This document shows positions 24,731 to 38,088 of a stretch of DNA of 64,000 bases, piece by piece. Under the pieces are notes generated by a model that had not been told where the DNA came from, searched no databases, and saw only the letters and a program-made list of their open reading frames with translations. The stretch is from Octopus sinensis (Eukaryota), in assembly GCF_006345805.1 (NCBI RefSeq), contig NC_042997.1, forward strand, positions 98,270,001 through 98,334,000, written 5' to 3'. The translations under genes were made by a program, and so were the position numbers. Position 1 is the first letter of the stretch; every line of letters begins with the position of its first letter.

Positions 24731-27700
24731 ATTTACCTAAATACAACCATAATTCACATACGCACGTGTGTATACATATCAAGAAAATAACACATATGCA
24801 CATACATAGTATGCAGACATGCACTAAATGTATGCGGGAACGTACATGAAACATACAAAACTTAGCTGACTTAAGAAATTACAGTGATCTATAAATTAAC
24901 ATTATCAGAACGAGAATAACTTTAATATACGCAATGACTATAATCAAGCAATCTTAAAAGGCTGAGTTTCTTTCTTTAAATTTTAATTCTATATACATTA
25001 CATCATTTACCCCATCTCACCCCAAATGCTATGCGCAGTATATTGTAATTAAAATGGAACTATTATGTTATTCAGTATGGTTCTAATTCTGAAAACAACC
25101 AGAAAATGTTTATTGCATGTTTTGTTGTGGTTACGTAACAAATATTCCTCGATGTTATATTTTAACACCTCTTTTTTCATATAAAGATTATTATATTTCT
25201 ATGTTTCACATGAAAAAAAATAAATAAATAAAATAGAAAGAAATGAAAATTGAAAATAAAAATGAAAACATACAAAAAAAAAGAAAACAAATTTACTAAG
25301 AAAGTGGTCAAAATATTCTTTATAAAAAATTATTTATTCATATGATTAAATTTTAATGGATTCGCATGTGATATCCCGTTTCTTAAGCAGTCTGGTAAGA
25401 AATGCAGTCTAGATTCTTTGCCATCTGAATCGACAAGGTGTCGGACTCTTGCCTGAAGAACTGACGTTATACCTTCTGTCACGATTGCACTTTCTTCGTG
25501 TAAGTCGTTTCACTTCAACTAGTGATATTGATCTTGCCTTTGTTAAGTTACGTATGTTGGATAGATACAATTAACTCACATCGAGGTGTTTGAGTACTCT
25601 TGGTTAACGAATGTTTTCGTTAGCTTGCAGTGAGTACTATTTTCAAGACCTCATATGGCACTGGAACATGATAGAAACGCTCACATTGTATTACTGTTTG
25701 AACAATCCTACCATGACCATAGCCATACTAAAGTGAATACTGCAAAACGAATATACAGTGTTTTCAGTGAGTTTTAAAAATTATCACATATGATTAAAGG
25801 GCATAAATGCACTTCGTTGAAAATACAACAACTAAGACCACTAAATCTTCATTCTCCATTTTTCTATCACCTCTCCTCTTCTTCTTCCTCTTCTTCCTCC
25901 TCCTTCTCTTCCTCCTTTAGTTCCTTCTATTCTTCCTTTCCCTCTCTTTCCTTTCACCCACTATTTCATTGCCATCCTTCTTCTTCTTTGTCTATTTCAT
26001 CTATTTCGTCTTCTGTCTTCTCTAACGCATTGATGTGTTTAATCGGTACACATCGATGTGGTAATACGCACACGCACATATACGCTGATGGAAAGCTGAG
26101 AAACCCATGTAAACCATCTGTTAAGACTGTGCCATTGACAAGGTCTTCAGTATACTCATAATGTAATATTTTGGTTTTTCATCGCTGAATAGTAAGAATA
26201 TCGTTAGTTCCAAAGTTAAATTTTAAAAAAACCTAAAAACAATATACAAGCCCACTCCCTAAAATATTTAAAAAAATTAAATTTAAAAAATAAAATTATA
26301 AAATAAAATACTTGTTAGAAGGAGCATTTTCTCAACAACAAAATTAGGTGTTATTATTTTCCTTTCAAAATCCAAACTTCCAAAATTCCCTTTTTTTTAT
26401 TTTAGATCTTGAATACTGAAAAATACAAAAAAAATTATATATATATATGTATATATATATGTATATATATATATATATGTATATATATATGTAAATATAT
26501 ATATGTATATATATATATATATGTGTATGTGTGAGTGTGTGTGTGTATGTATGTGTGTGTGTAAAGGAAAAAAACGAAATGAAAGGAAGCTATAGAATGT
26601 GATCTTGGGGTTTATTTTATCTGGTGCTCTGGATACCGTCATCTAAGTAATTGCGTCTGAAAAATTTGTCATCGGATGAAATATAAACAAAATGTTGACT
26701 GTTCTTTTTCTCTCTCAATTTAACCTCTTAACGATTTGAATAGAACACATCATATGTCATTCGCAATGTCATCGATGCACAAAGCAAAGTAAAAAAAAAT
26801 ATAATGAATAACAACTGCATCAGGGAATCTCTCATGAAATATACTCATGCCGTTTCGTGGAGTCTCAAGCTGGTTGAATTGATGCCCCAGCTTTGTATCC
26901 ATAACAAGAAACATTCAACTCTTGCTGACTCTCTCTACATAACTGTAAATAGGTATCATGAGCACAGCTTAATGCTGAGAGCAGCGGAAGTACCATATAA
27001 CTGATGAGTATTTCATTGACTTCTTGCAGTGCCGAGTTCAAATCTTCTAATCAGTCTGGAGAATGTAACAGGAATCCACACTAGTGTATCGTTCCTTGTC
27101 TCTTTACATGATGTATACGTCTTCGATGATGCCTACAACGACATAGTGATAGTTGCGGCACCATTAAATGCAATTTTAGGTACTGGTTATTGAGAAAATC
27201 ATGCATAAATTTAACATATATACACACACAAATCCCAAATCTGTATAAATCAATATCTAAATCCTATTATGCATCGAGCAAAAACAAACGAACTATATTA
27301 CCTTCCTATACAAATCGTCTCATGAAATGAACAAAAACAGAATTGTTCTGTATCCACTTTCGGAAAGGACATGAAATATGGCTTGAAATTTAAAATGTAT
27401 TGGTTGGCATTCTTCTAACTGTCTTTCAGGATTCATGCTCTAACTGAAGTCCCCTTCTGATATGGAGCTTGGACATTTCAGTGGTTCAGTTAAAAAAAAA
27501 AGTCGATGTTTTGTCTCATCTTTCTTTCATAAATTTTAACCCATCAACTTTTGCTCGAAAATAAAACCGAAAAATGAACTCAAAAGAAGCAGATAATAAA
27601 AACAGCAGTGACAACAATGGAATATTGCTTGAAGTCAACAGTAACAACTGAAAGTTTGACATATATTTTGTCAGTTTTTTATCCAGCAGTTCATATGAGT

Positions 27701-29075
27701 TGACTTGCGCTGCAATCTTTTCCAGATGACTGAGGCAGCTTTGATGGTTATCAGAAAGAGGATCTCTCGCTTGTTACAGTTTAGTGGATTCCTTTCCTTT
27801 AAAGGAGAGAAATGTTCACAATCTGATATTTTAGCATGGTCCACTATTTAGTACCAAGCAGACTTAGGTCTGCGTTACCTCTGTGATTTAAAGAGAACCG
27901 GTGTTTCTAATGTAATTTTGTCATAATTATTGAACAGTTATATTTGTTATAGATTTCATTCTAATTCTCGTTTTCTCTTCAAATTTAAAATAAAAAAAGA
28001 AATTAATAAAGAATGTTCTAGAAAACGTTTCATATTAGAACTATTTATTGGTATAACCTTTTTATTAATTTTCTCTCTCAGTAGACAATTATAGGTTTAA
28101 TTCATTTTCAAATGTTTTAGATGTAATATCAAATTAAACGGAAGGGTGCTGATTCGTAACTAGGTTCTGTGGCGGACAAAATGTCTAGTGACACTGAGAT
28201 ACGTTACGTTTTTTCTTTTTATTTACTGATATTGGTGTAATCAACTGTGCTTCCTCTCAAAATATCTCTTGGCTTAATGGCAATGTAAAAATAAATCTAA
28301 AGACAAATAATGGTCGATGGCAACGAGTGAATGTTATGACACCGGGAATCGGGACCGCAACACAATACCAAATCTCGGTTGAAGTGATTGCAACTTCAGT
28401 TACGGCACTAACGCATTTAGGGAAGGCATTAATTCCCCAGGACCCAAGTTTTCAGCACTTGTCTTGAAATATATTTTACACCCAGTTAAAATGAAATTAA
28501 GTATGGACTAAATATTTTCAGTATCTGATAGCTTTTTATGATTATATAATATTTTGACCAGTTTATCTTCGATCTTCACTGATATCAATAAAAGAAGTTT
28601 GAAGATCGGTTGATCAAATGGTTGTGCAAATATAAAGGACTACAGGAATATACATGCTAGGAAAAACATTTTTCATACACTTTAGAGATATTCTTTATAG
28701 AAATTGAAACGTTTACTAAACAGTTCTTTATTACAAAATACGAAGTCATAATTAGCATTTTGTTATGGATCTCAAAATCAATGTACTTGATCCTTCATAC
28801 TGTTACGATTATAAGAACACTACTTTATATCTGAAAGAAAAACAGAAAACATCACAGCATAATCTAACGAATCTTTGAATACCAGGACCAATCGAGCAAA
28901 GTTTTGTAAAATATTGAGAAGATATGCGAAGTACGAAACGGTTATGATAAATACAAGATGAAGCGAACAAATAATTAATAGAAGAATATTGCAAGGATGG
29001 ATCGGTGCTGTATGCCCAAATACTGCGGTTAAATTATTCGATTCCTTTGAAACATAACAAATCCTTATAAATAAA

Positions 29076-29142
<67 letters not shown>

Positions 29143-29248
29143 ATGTATACATATGTATGTAAATGAAGTATGCGTATATTGTGTGTATATACACAATATT
29201 AAAAAAGATTACTACACACATACTAACACACACACACACACACACAAA

Positions 29249-29348
29249 NNNNNNNNNNNNNNNNNNNNNNNNNNNNNNNNNNNNNNNNNNNNNNNNNNNN
29301 NNNNNNNNNNNNNNNNNNNNNNNNNNNNNNNNNNNNNNNNNNNNNNNN
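29249..29348. other. Assembly gap (100 N)
   Basis: Exactly 100 N, lying between (CA)n and (GT)n. Confidence 0.99.
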
Positions 29349-29371
29349 GTGTGTATGTATATCGTATGTTG

Positions 29372-29419
<48 letters not shown>

Positions 29420-29773
29420 ATTTATTTACTATCTGAGTGTATTCCACGGATGAAGGAAAAAGTGTTTCTTATGCAAAGCCAGAAATCTGGGATCTGGAAT
29501 TATCCAGTATTTTTTTCTTTTGCTAGTTTATTTTGTCTCTTTGTCTTGTCTCCTGGTGCTGTATGAACATTTAATGTGGTTTTAGAGTCGAGTTTTCACT
29601 GCTATTTCCAGCGTGGTATCTCTTAGATACCCTAAATTATAATTTTAAATAATTAGTACCTTTGAAAGGTTTTTCTCATACTAGCCACCTGATAGGATCG
29701 GTATTTAAGATATCGATCTTATCCTTATTTATGTAAATTTATATATAATATATATTATATATATTATATATTA

Positions 29774-29815
<42 letters not shown>

Positions 29816-29902
29816 ATATATATACATACACTAAATATTTTCTACATATTATATTATATATTATATATATTATGAATTATTACATATATGCATATACATA
29901 CA

Positions 29903-29989
<87 letters not shown>

Positions 29990-30004
29990 ATAAATTCTTT
30001 AATA

Positions 30005-30445
30005 TTTTTGTATTTGTTTCAGTTATTGACTGTGGTCATGCTGGGGCATCGCCTGTAGTCGCACAAATCGACCCCAAGACTTATTTGTAAGCCTAGTACT
30101 TATTCTATGTGTTTCTTGTGCCGAACCGCTAGGTTACGAGTACGTAAATACATCAACATCGGTTGTCAAGCGATGGTGGAGCAAAAACAACACACATACA
30201 TATACATACATACATACATACATGCATACGTACGAACTTTCATGTGCATGAATACATATATATATATATATAATATATAATATATATAATATATATATAT
30301 ACATGTACGACGGACTTGTTTCAATTTCCGTCTATAAATTCCGGGGTTATAGTAGAAGTCAGCCCAAGGTGCCATGCAGTAGGACTGAACATGGAACCAT
30401 GTAGTTGGTAAGCAAGCTACCTACAATACAACCTCTCCTGCGCCT
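30005..30445 (-). mobile_element. tRNA-derived SINE (family C), diverged
   Basis: Homologous to 18716-19195. Confidence 0.75.
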
Positions 30446-32055
30446 AATATATATATGTACGTGTGTATGTGTGTGTCTGTATTAAATAAAATGAGACAAC
30501 AAAGTCGAGGCTGTGTGGAATTTTCAGGACATTTATAAAGAGAAAGTTAGTCTTCCAGGTGCTTCTGGGATATTAAGGATATCCCTTTATCAGAGACGAT
30601 GTGAGATAGTTAAGTAGAGGGAAATAGTAGAGCATAACATAAGGAGTTATTTCGGAAAAGGATACAAATAAGAAGCATAACGAAAAATAGAGGAATAAAA
30701 GTAAAAATGAAAATATATGTGGGGTGTTGTATTTGCAGTTCCATTATCCAAGGAATGTGGTGTGAAGAAGTGCTAGAAATTCTTCTTGTGTATGGTATGT
30801 AAATTCCGATAAGTGTTCATATTTTATCATTACAATTGGAAAGTGTGGAGACGTAGATGCCATTTGCTGTTCATTGGGACTTGTGGCGTGAATGAAGTTA
30901 TGAGAATGTAATGGTAGTATTAAGTAGATAGAGAGGAAGGAAAAGATGTGTATGGGAAAATGAGGAGAATGGTCAAATGGAATAGATGAGGAAAGAAGAA
31001 AGAATGAAAGAAAGAGGAATAGGAAATGAAAAACGGTGTGTTAGTTGGTGGTCTTTATAATGAGGGGAATAGGAGAGGAGAGGGGAGCGACAGGAAGAGA
31101 TAAGAATGTAAGGAATTAATATGTATGAGGTGTGGGAGGTGGGGTGATACGTTTGTTTAACCGGCACTAAGGTGGAAGTATGGGTGCAGACAATTGTGCA
31201 GGGGAATTTACAAAAAATGAGTAGTAAACATCAAAAAGAATATAATGGTCAATTCTCTTAAAAAGTTATAATATAATTGAGGGTATCTCGATACGTATAT
31301 CTGACCTCTCATCCACTGAGGTAATATTCAATAACTATGCCCCAAATGACAACCATGCGATCGCTGCCATCGGCTTCTCCCAACAAATAAAATACATCTC
31401 TAATACTTGGCTCAAGCAAAATATATCTTAAATCATATCACAACGACATGCCATCTATCAGAATCACAACAGACCACCCATTCACTATGCTAGAACATCG
31501 GGAGAACCCAAATTAAGACATCTTAGACCCACACGCACACATACAACACTAGGTCAAAAGCAAAAGCAGCTAACAATTTAAATGAGGAGAATGGAGAATG
31601 GTCAAAAGGAATAGGTGAGGAAAGAAAAAGAAAGAAATAAAGAGGACAAAAAATTAGTTGGTGGTCAAGATATTATGAGTTGGATGGGAGAGGAGTAGGA
31701 GATGGACAGGAAGAGTTAAGAATGTAAGGAATGAATTTCCCCCTCTAATGCGGCCATATAATGAAGCCCTAGGTACATATAATGAGGCCCTATGTACATA
31801 TAATGAGTCCCTAGGTACATAAAACCACTACTTTTTTCATACCTTCGAATTTTACTACAAATCTAAATGCACCCTAAATGACTACACAGTATATATCCCG
31901 AACACCCCTTAGGTAATCTCCAGCAACCCTTTTGCACTTTCCATTGTCTCCGTTTTTAATTTTTTTACTCGCCAATCTTATTTTTTACTTGTTTAATAAT
32001 ACATATATGGATATGTACACATGTATGCGTACATGTGTGTGGATATATATGTACA

Positions 32056-32175
<120 letters not shown>

Positions 32176-32289
32176 TATATATATACATATATACATATAT
32201 AAATTTCTATATTTAGGAGATGAGGAATTACGTACATTATTATTTATATTATTTACATTTGACGGATATTTGTCATCATCTTGTTTGTT

Positions 32290-32335
32290 AACACAATGTT
32301 TCGACTGATATAAACCCCAGCCTTCATTAGGTGTC
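32290..32335 (-). ncRNA. Degenerate (probably inactive) minimal type I hammerhead ribozyme
   Basis: Minus strand GACAC-CUAAUGA-A-GGCUGG(gguuuaua)UCAGUC-GAAA-CA-UU-GUGUU. Stems I and II pair, but the core reads CUAAUGA rather than CUGAUGA. Confidence 0.5.
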
Positions 32336-32400
32336 TTGAGAAAATGTCGAACCTGGGTTCTCATTCCTAAGGTATTTTTCGAAGTTATTATTATTATTAT

Positions 32401-32469
<69 letters not shown>

Positions 32470-32519
32470 GCTACAACATCAATAATAATAATAATAGCAA
32501 CAACAAGACTGGAGGGTAT

Positions 32520-33189
32520 GGTGGTGAACCCTGCTGTTGTCTTTCATCACAACTTTCTCTCACTCTTTCTTTCTGATTCTGTTGTACCTGTATTTCAAGG
32601 GACCAGCCTTGTCACACTCTGTGTCACGCTGAATCTCCCCGAGAACTACGTTAAAGAAACACGTGTCTGAGAAATGCTCGGCCACTTGCACGTTAATGAA
32701 TGAGCTGCAACATCACTGGTGCCAAGCTGTATTGATCTTTGCCTTTCCCTTCGATAACATAAGTGGAGTGGAGAGGAGAAGCCGGTATGCACGGGTGACT
32801 GCTGGTCTTCCATAAACAATCTTGCCCGGACTTATGCATGACCATGAGATTGCAACTTGAAAGTTACCCTCCGAGGCATAAGTCCGGGCAAGATTGTTTA
32901 CGGAAGACCAGCAGTCACCCGTGCATACCAGCCTCCCCTCTCCACTCCACTTATGTTATCGAAGGGAAAGGCAAAGGCCGATACAGCTTGGCACCAGTGA
33001 TGTTGCAGCTCATTTATTAACGTGCAAATGGCCGAGCATTTCTCAGACACGTGTATCTTTAACGTAGTTCTCAGGGAGATTCAGCGTGACACAGAGTGTG
33101 ACAAGGCTGGTCCTTTGAAATACAGGTACAACAGAATCAGAAAGAAAGAGTGAAAGTTGTGAAGAAAGACTACAGCAGTGTTCACCACC
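32520..33189. repeat. Long inverted repeat (~315-bp arms, 38-nt spacer) made of SINE-B-derived sequence
   Basis: 32520-32837 is the reverse complement of 32876-33189 with scattered mismatches; the spacer is 32838-32875. Confidence 0.92.
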
Positions 33190-33200
33190 ACCCCCTGCCG

Positions 33201-35052
33201 GGGTTCGTCAAGTATGAAATTTGTAGAAAAGTATAAAAAGCTTGCTAATCTATACATATAAATTTGACATGGGCGATTCTTTCTTGTCTTGGGATTCACG
33301 GTCAAATGACTGAGTGGAATTGCGCGAAAAATTACACAGGTGTATAGAATAATGCGGTGGCGATGCTGGGATTTATATTTTTTCATATCTCCCATGGTTA
33401 CCGAGATAATCTGCTATAATAATACTCTTGTGTTTATGAATGAGAAAGGAAGGGGTGATAGATGAATAAGGAAGGAAGGAGTGATGTCATACTTGGTAGT
33501 GGGATGATGAAAATTGTACGCTGAAAAAATAAACAAGGTTTCAACTCTCTGTGTAAGTAAAAGGGGGGTATGTGAATGTGTGTGTGTGCGTGTGTCTGTG
33601 CGCGCAATGGAAGTGGGATGGTTCATCTTTTTCGCTCAGTATTTGGTTTTAGTTTTTGATTTGTTTGAATGTTGCTTGTTTTTTTATTGGGCAGTTATTT
33701 TTAGCGTTTTGACCGAAAAAGTCATTCTAAAATTGTTTTTTAACGTCAGCGTGCCCAAACAAGTCGAATGCTTACATAGAGCAGGTTTTACAGCCACATC
33801 ATCCAAACCGACCGGGTGAAACCGGGCTTTCCTGCTAGTGTTTTATAAATATGAGGAATAATTTTATTCATCAAAGTATGCACTCAAATTGTCAATACAA
33901 TTTTGCCATTTTAGCGGCAGCTTGTTCAGCCCGGAACTGTAAAAGCCTGGCAATCTAGAATCAATAAAATCTTTGAAGGCCTGTTTTACAGCCTCGTCGG
34001 AATTAAGTTTTTTTTCCTATCAAAAAGTTATCCAGATTCCGGGAGAAGTGGTAATCAGCTGGGGCAAGATCAGGTGAATATGGTAGATGATGGAGAACTT
34101 CCAATTCCAACTCCTGTAGTTTCGCCAATGTCATTTTTACGATGTATAGTCTGGCGTTGTCTTGCAATAAAATAGGAGTGGATTTGTCGACTAATCTAGG
34201 CTGTTTTCTTTTGTAAGTTTCTGCATCATTTGGTCCAGTTGGCTGCAGTATACTTCGGCCATGATTGATGAGCCAGGTTTAATGAAATCATAATGGATCA
34301 CACCTGTACCAGACCACCAAACACACTATTTATGAATTTTACATTTTGAACTGTTTTGGTGGGTCGTCTTTGTCCAGCCATTCTGCTGAACATTTGCGGT
34401 TGTCGTATAGGATCCATTGCTCATCATATGTTACACTTCAATTCAAAAGTGATTAAGTTTTGTGACGAGAAAGTAGCATAATGCAGGCTTCCAAATGTTG
34501 CTGTTTCTGATTTTCTTGTGGAACCCACTTATCCAACTTCTTCACTTTACCGATTTGAACTAGGTGAGTCAATATTGTTTGCTTGCTAAGACTAAACAAC
34601 AACGATAATTCACGGGCACATTGAGATAGATCTTACTCGACGGTGGCTTTCAGTTCGTCATTATCCACCTTTCTTTCTGGTCGATCGCGTTGCTTATTTG
34701 CGAGGTCAAAGTTACCAGAACAAAATTTTGCAAACCAATTTGATACTGTCTGCTGTGTAACAACATTAGAATGAAATACTCCATTAATATTCCGAGTTGT
34801 CTCTGATGTATTTCTAAAAAAGAACTCGCATTTCAAAATTGTATACATTTCCGACTTATCCCTCTCTAAACAAAACTAGTAAAAATAATGTATAAATACT
34901 TTATAAAGCGCAAAATTAGTCAGAATAAAGAAATAGATGTGTCAGCTTTCTAACAAAAGATAATGATTGTCAAAATATAATAATGGCACAAAATGAGCAG
35001 TTGTCAAACTTTACAATATACCTTACTACAAATTTCATACTTGACGACCTAA
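33201..35052 (-). mobile_element. Mariner DNA transposon (decayed transposase) carrying a Helitron insertion
   Basis: Perfect 22-bp inverted repeat at 33205-33226 / 35026-35047. Transposase fragments ..TVSNWFAKFCSGNFDL..KVDNDELKA, WVP, TYDEQW and PDLAPADYH on the minus strand. Confidence 0.88.
33249..33838 (+). mobile_element. Non-autonomous Helitron
   Basis: Starts A|TCTATACATATAAA and ends CCGGGTGAAACCGG hairpin..CTAG|T (CTAG 33835-33838). Inserted between A and T with no TSD. Confidence 0.75.
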
Positions 35053-35054
35053 AA

Positions 35055-35055
<1 letters not shown>

Positions 35056-35106
<51 letters not shown>

Positions 35107-35216
35107 ACTCTATATATATATGTGTGCGTGTGCGTGTGCATACATATGTATGCGTGTGTATGTGTATGTATGCACACAGGAGTATGTGTGTATTCATATA
35201 TCTATGGGTGTGTGTG

Positions 35217-35250
<34 letters not shown>

Positions 35251-35974
35251 AATTGTATATACATATATATAAATTGTATATACATATACATGCATATGGG
35301 TTTAAGTATATAAGTATGCGAGCCTGTATAATAGTGCAAAAGCACAAGTGTATGCATGTGTGCATGCGCGTGCGTGCGTACATCAATATACACAGCTTTC
35401 TTTCTCTCACTGATTGCTCAGTCCCCATTATCACAGTAGCCAGTACAACAGACACCTCCGTCTATTTTTAGAAACTTGACCATTATATCTTACTATTCTT
35501 CCCTACCTTTTTGAGGTTTACTACTCACTTTATTAAACTCCTGTACCATTTTCTGTACCCATCCCTCCATCATAGTGCCTTTCAACACCCCACCTCCCAC
35601 TCCTCTCGCATATTCATTCCTTACATTCTTATCTCTTCCATCCCCTACTCCTCTCCCATCCAACTCATAATATCTTGACCACCAACTAACACGCCGTTTT
35701 TCATTTTTTCGTCCTCTTTATTTCTTTGTTTTTCTTACCTCATCTATTCCTTTTGACCATTCTCCTCTTTTTAATATACACATCCTTTCTCCCCTTTCTA
35801 TCTACTTAATACTACCACTACATTCTCAAAATTTTCTCTCTCTCTCTCTCTGTCTCTCTCTCTCACTCTATATATATATGTGTGCGTGTGCGTGTGCATA
35901 CATATGTATGCGTGTGTATGTGTATGTATGCACACAGGAGTATGTGTGTATTCATATATCTATGGGTGTGTGTG

Positions 35975-36008
<34 letters not shown>

Positions 36009-36586
36009 TTATATATACATATATATAAATTGTATATACATATACATGCATAGGGTTTAAGTATATAAGTATGCGAGCCTGTATAATAGTGCAAAAGCAC
36101 AAGTGTATGCATGTGTGCATGCGCGTGCGTGCGTACATCAATATACACAGCTTTCTTTCTCTCACTGATTGCTCAGTCCCCATTATCACAGTAGCCAGTA
36201 CAACAGACACCTCCGTCTATTTTTAGAAACTTGACCATTATATCTTACTATTCTTCCCTACCTTTTTGAGGTTTACTACTCACTTTATTAAACTCCTGTA
36301 CCATTTTCTGTACCCATCCCTCCATCATAGTGCCTTTCAACACCCCACCTCCCACTCCTCTCGCATATTCATTCCTTACATTCTTATCTCTTCCATCCCC
36401 TACTCCTCTCCCATCCAACTCATAATATCTTGACCACCAACTACACGCCGTTTTTATTTTTTCGTCCTCTTTATTCTTTGTTTTTCTTACCTCATCTATT
36501 CCTTTTGACCATTCTCCTCTTTTAAATACACATCCTTTCTCCCCTTTCTATCTACTTAATACTACCACTACATTCTCAAAATTTTC
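35056..36586 (+). repeat. Near-identical direct tandem duplication of ~760 bp
   Basis: 35056-35835 repeats at 35836-36586; the ORF track shows twin ORFs offset by ~758 nt. Confidence 0.92.
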
Positions 36587-36735
36587 ATTCACACCACAAG
36601 ACCCCTTTGAATGAACAGCAAATGGAATCTACATCTCCACACTTTCCATTTGTAATGACAATATATGATCTCTCATCGGAATTTGCATGCCATGGACAAG
36701 CAGCATTTCTACCACTTCTGCACACCATATATATA

Positions 36736-37943
36736 TATGAAGGTCGAGTGAAAAGTTCAACCAAGATACTCTCATAGAATGTGAGAAAATAAGGTCTAGT
36801 TTTCAATATAGCTCTCCTTGCTCACTATACACTCACTTCTTCCATCGATATTGGAGGGCTAGGATGGCATTGGTTAAGAAGCTTTTATCCTGTTGATCAA
36901 AAGGTCACATCGACAGCAGATATGGCGTCATCATCACTGACATATTAGTTTCTAGCCATGTGTGTTTTCAGATTGGAGAATAGATGATTGAGCTAAATCG
37001 GGAGAATAGGGAGTGTGATCAACTAGTTCAAAGACACAGTCACGTACTGCATCCATTGAAACGAAGGAATTTTGTGATGGAGCGCTGTCTTGATTAAAGA
37101 AGAGACCATTCACCAGTTCCGCTTTGTTAGCCTTTCGTAACTGCATCTCTATGTTGGCATAATACTCTCCATCGGTAGCGTGGTCCTTTTAAAAGTAGTC
37201 ATTAAACACAGTGCCTTTTGCATCACCAAAATCTGAGGCTATCATTTTAATTGTAGATAAAACGACCTTGACCTTCTTTGGAGCAGATGAGGAAAGGTGC
37301 TTCCACTATATGCATTGTCTCATAGTTTCTGGCTCAAAAGAAACGTTAAAAAACCAGCTGAATTTGCCTCAAACAATATTAGATTTTCCTTTGATGTGAT
37401 CATCTCGGTGCGCTATTGATTAAATGTAAGAAACTGTGGTACACACCGAGGTGAAATTTTTGTCATGCCAAGTTTACTGTGCAGAATATTGTCAGCTCTC
37501 TTACAGGAAATGCTAGTAGAAATGGCTATTTGATTTAACGTCAATCGTCTATCATCCATGTGGTGAACATGATCCCTGTTTTCTCCGGTAGTGGCGATTG
37601 CAGGACGTCCATTGGGTCGTTTTCAAGACTTTCTCTTCCACTCCTATATTCAGCTGAACACATTTGCACTCTGGGGTGTCATCCCCTAATGCAGCATCAA
37701 TGTGAACATGAATGTGGTAGGGAGCTAAAGCCTTTTATTGCTTTTATTGCCAAATTTTGTCGATTTTCAAGAGAAGTCGTTTTTAGTTAGTTTTGAACTA
37801 ACTGACTGGCATATGTTAGTTTACCTAAAAAGAAACAATGCAGTTATTAGAAAGAGTGGAAATTAATGCATACAAGTTTTAACAGCACTAGCATCTCTCC
37901 TTCATAGTTAGCCTATGAACATTTCCGCCCACCCACGAATATA
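36736..37943 (-). mobile_element. Mariner DNA transposon, decayed (second family)
   Basis: Minus-strand LFFNQDSAPS..FELVDHTPYSPDLA, and imperfect TIRs tatgaaggtcgagtgaaaagttca / tgaacatttccgcccacccacgaata. Confidence 0.8.
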
Positions 37944-37990
37944 AATTTATATGCATGTGTATATTCAGTAATCTATGTATCTGTTACAAC

Positions 37991-38025
<35 letters not shown>

Positions 38026-38035
38026 ATTCTTCATG

Positions 38036-38088
<53 letters not shown>

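Noticed and set aside
27500-27780. Stop-free minus-strand frame of ~85 codons
   Set aside because: No recognisable motif, no convincing splice sites and no partner exons.
29249-29348. 100-N block between inverted-looking CA and GT repeats
   Set aside because: It is a scaffolding placeholder; true size and orientation across it are unknown, so no biological symmetry can be claimed.
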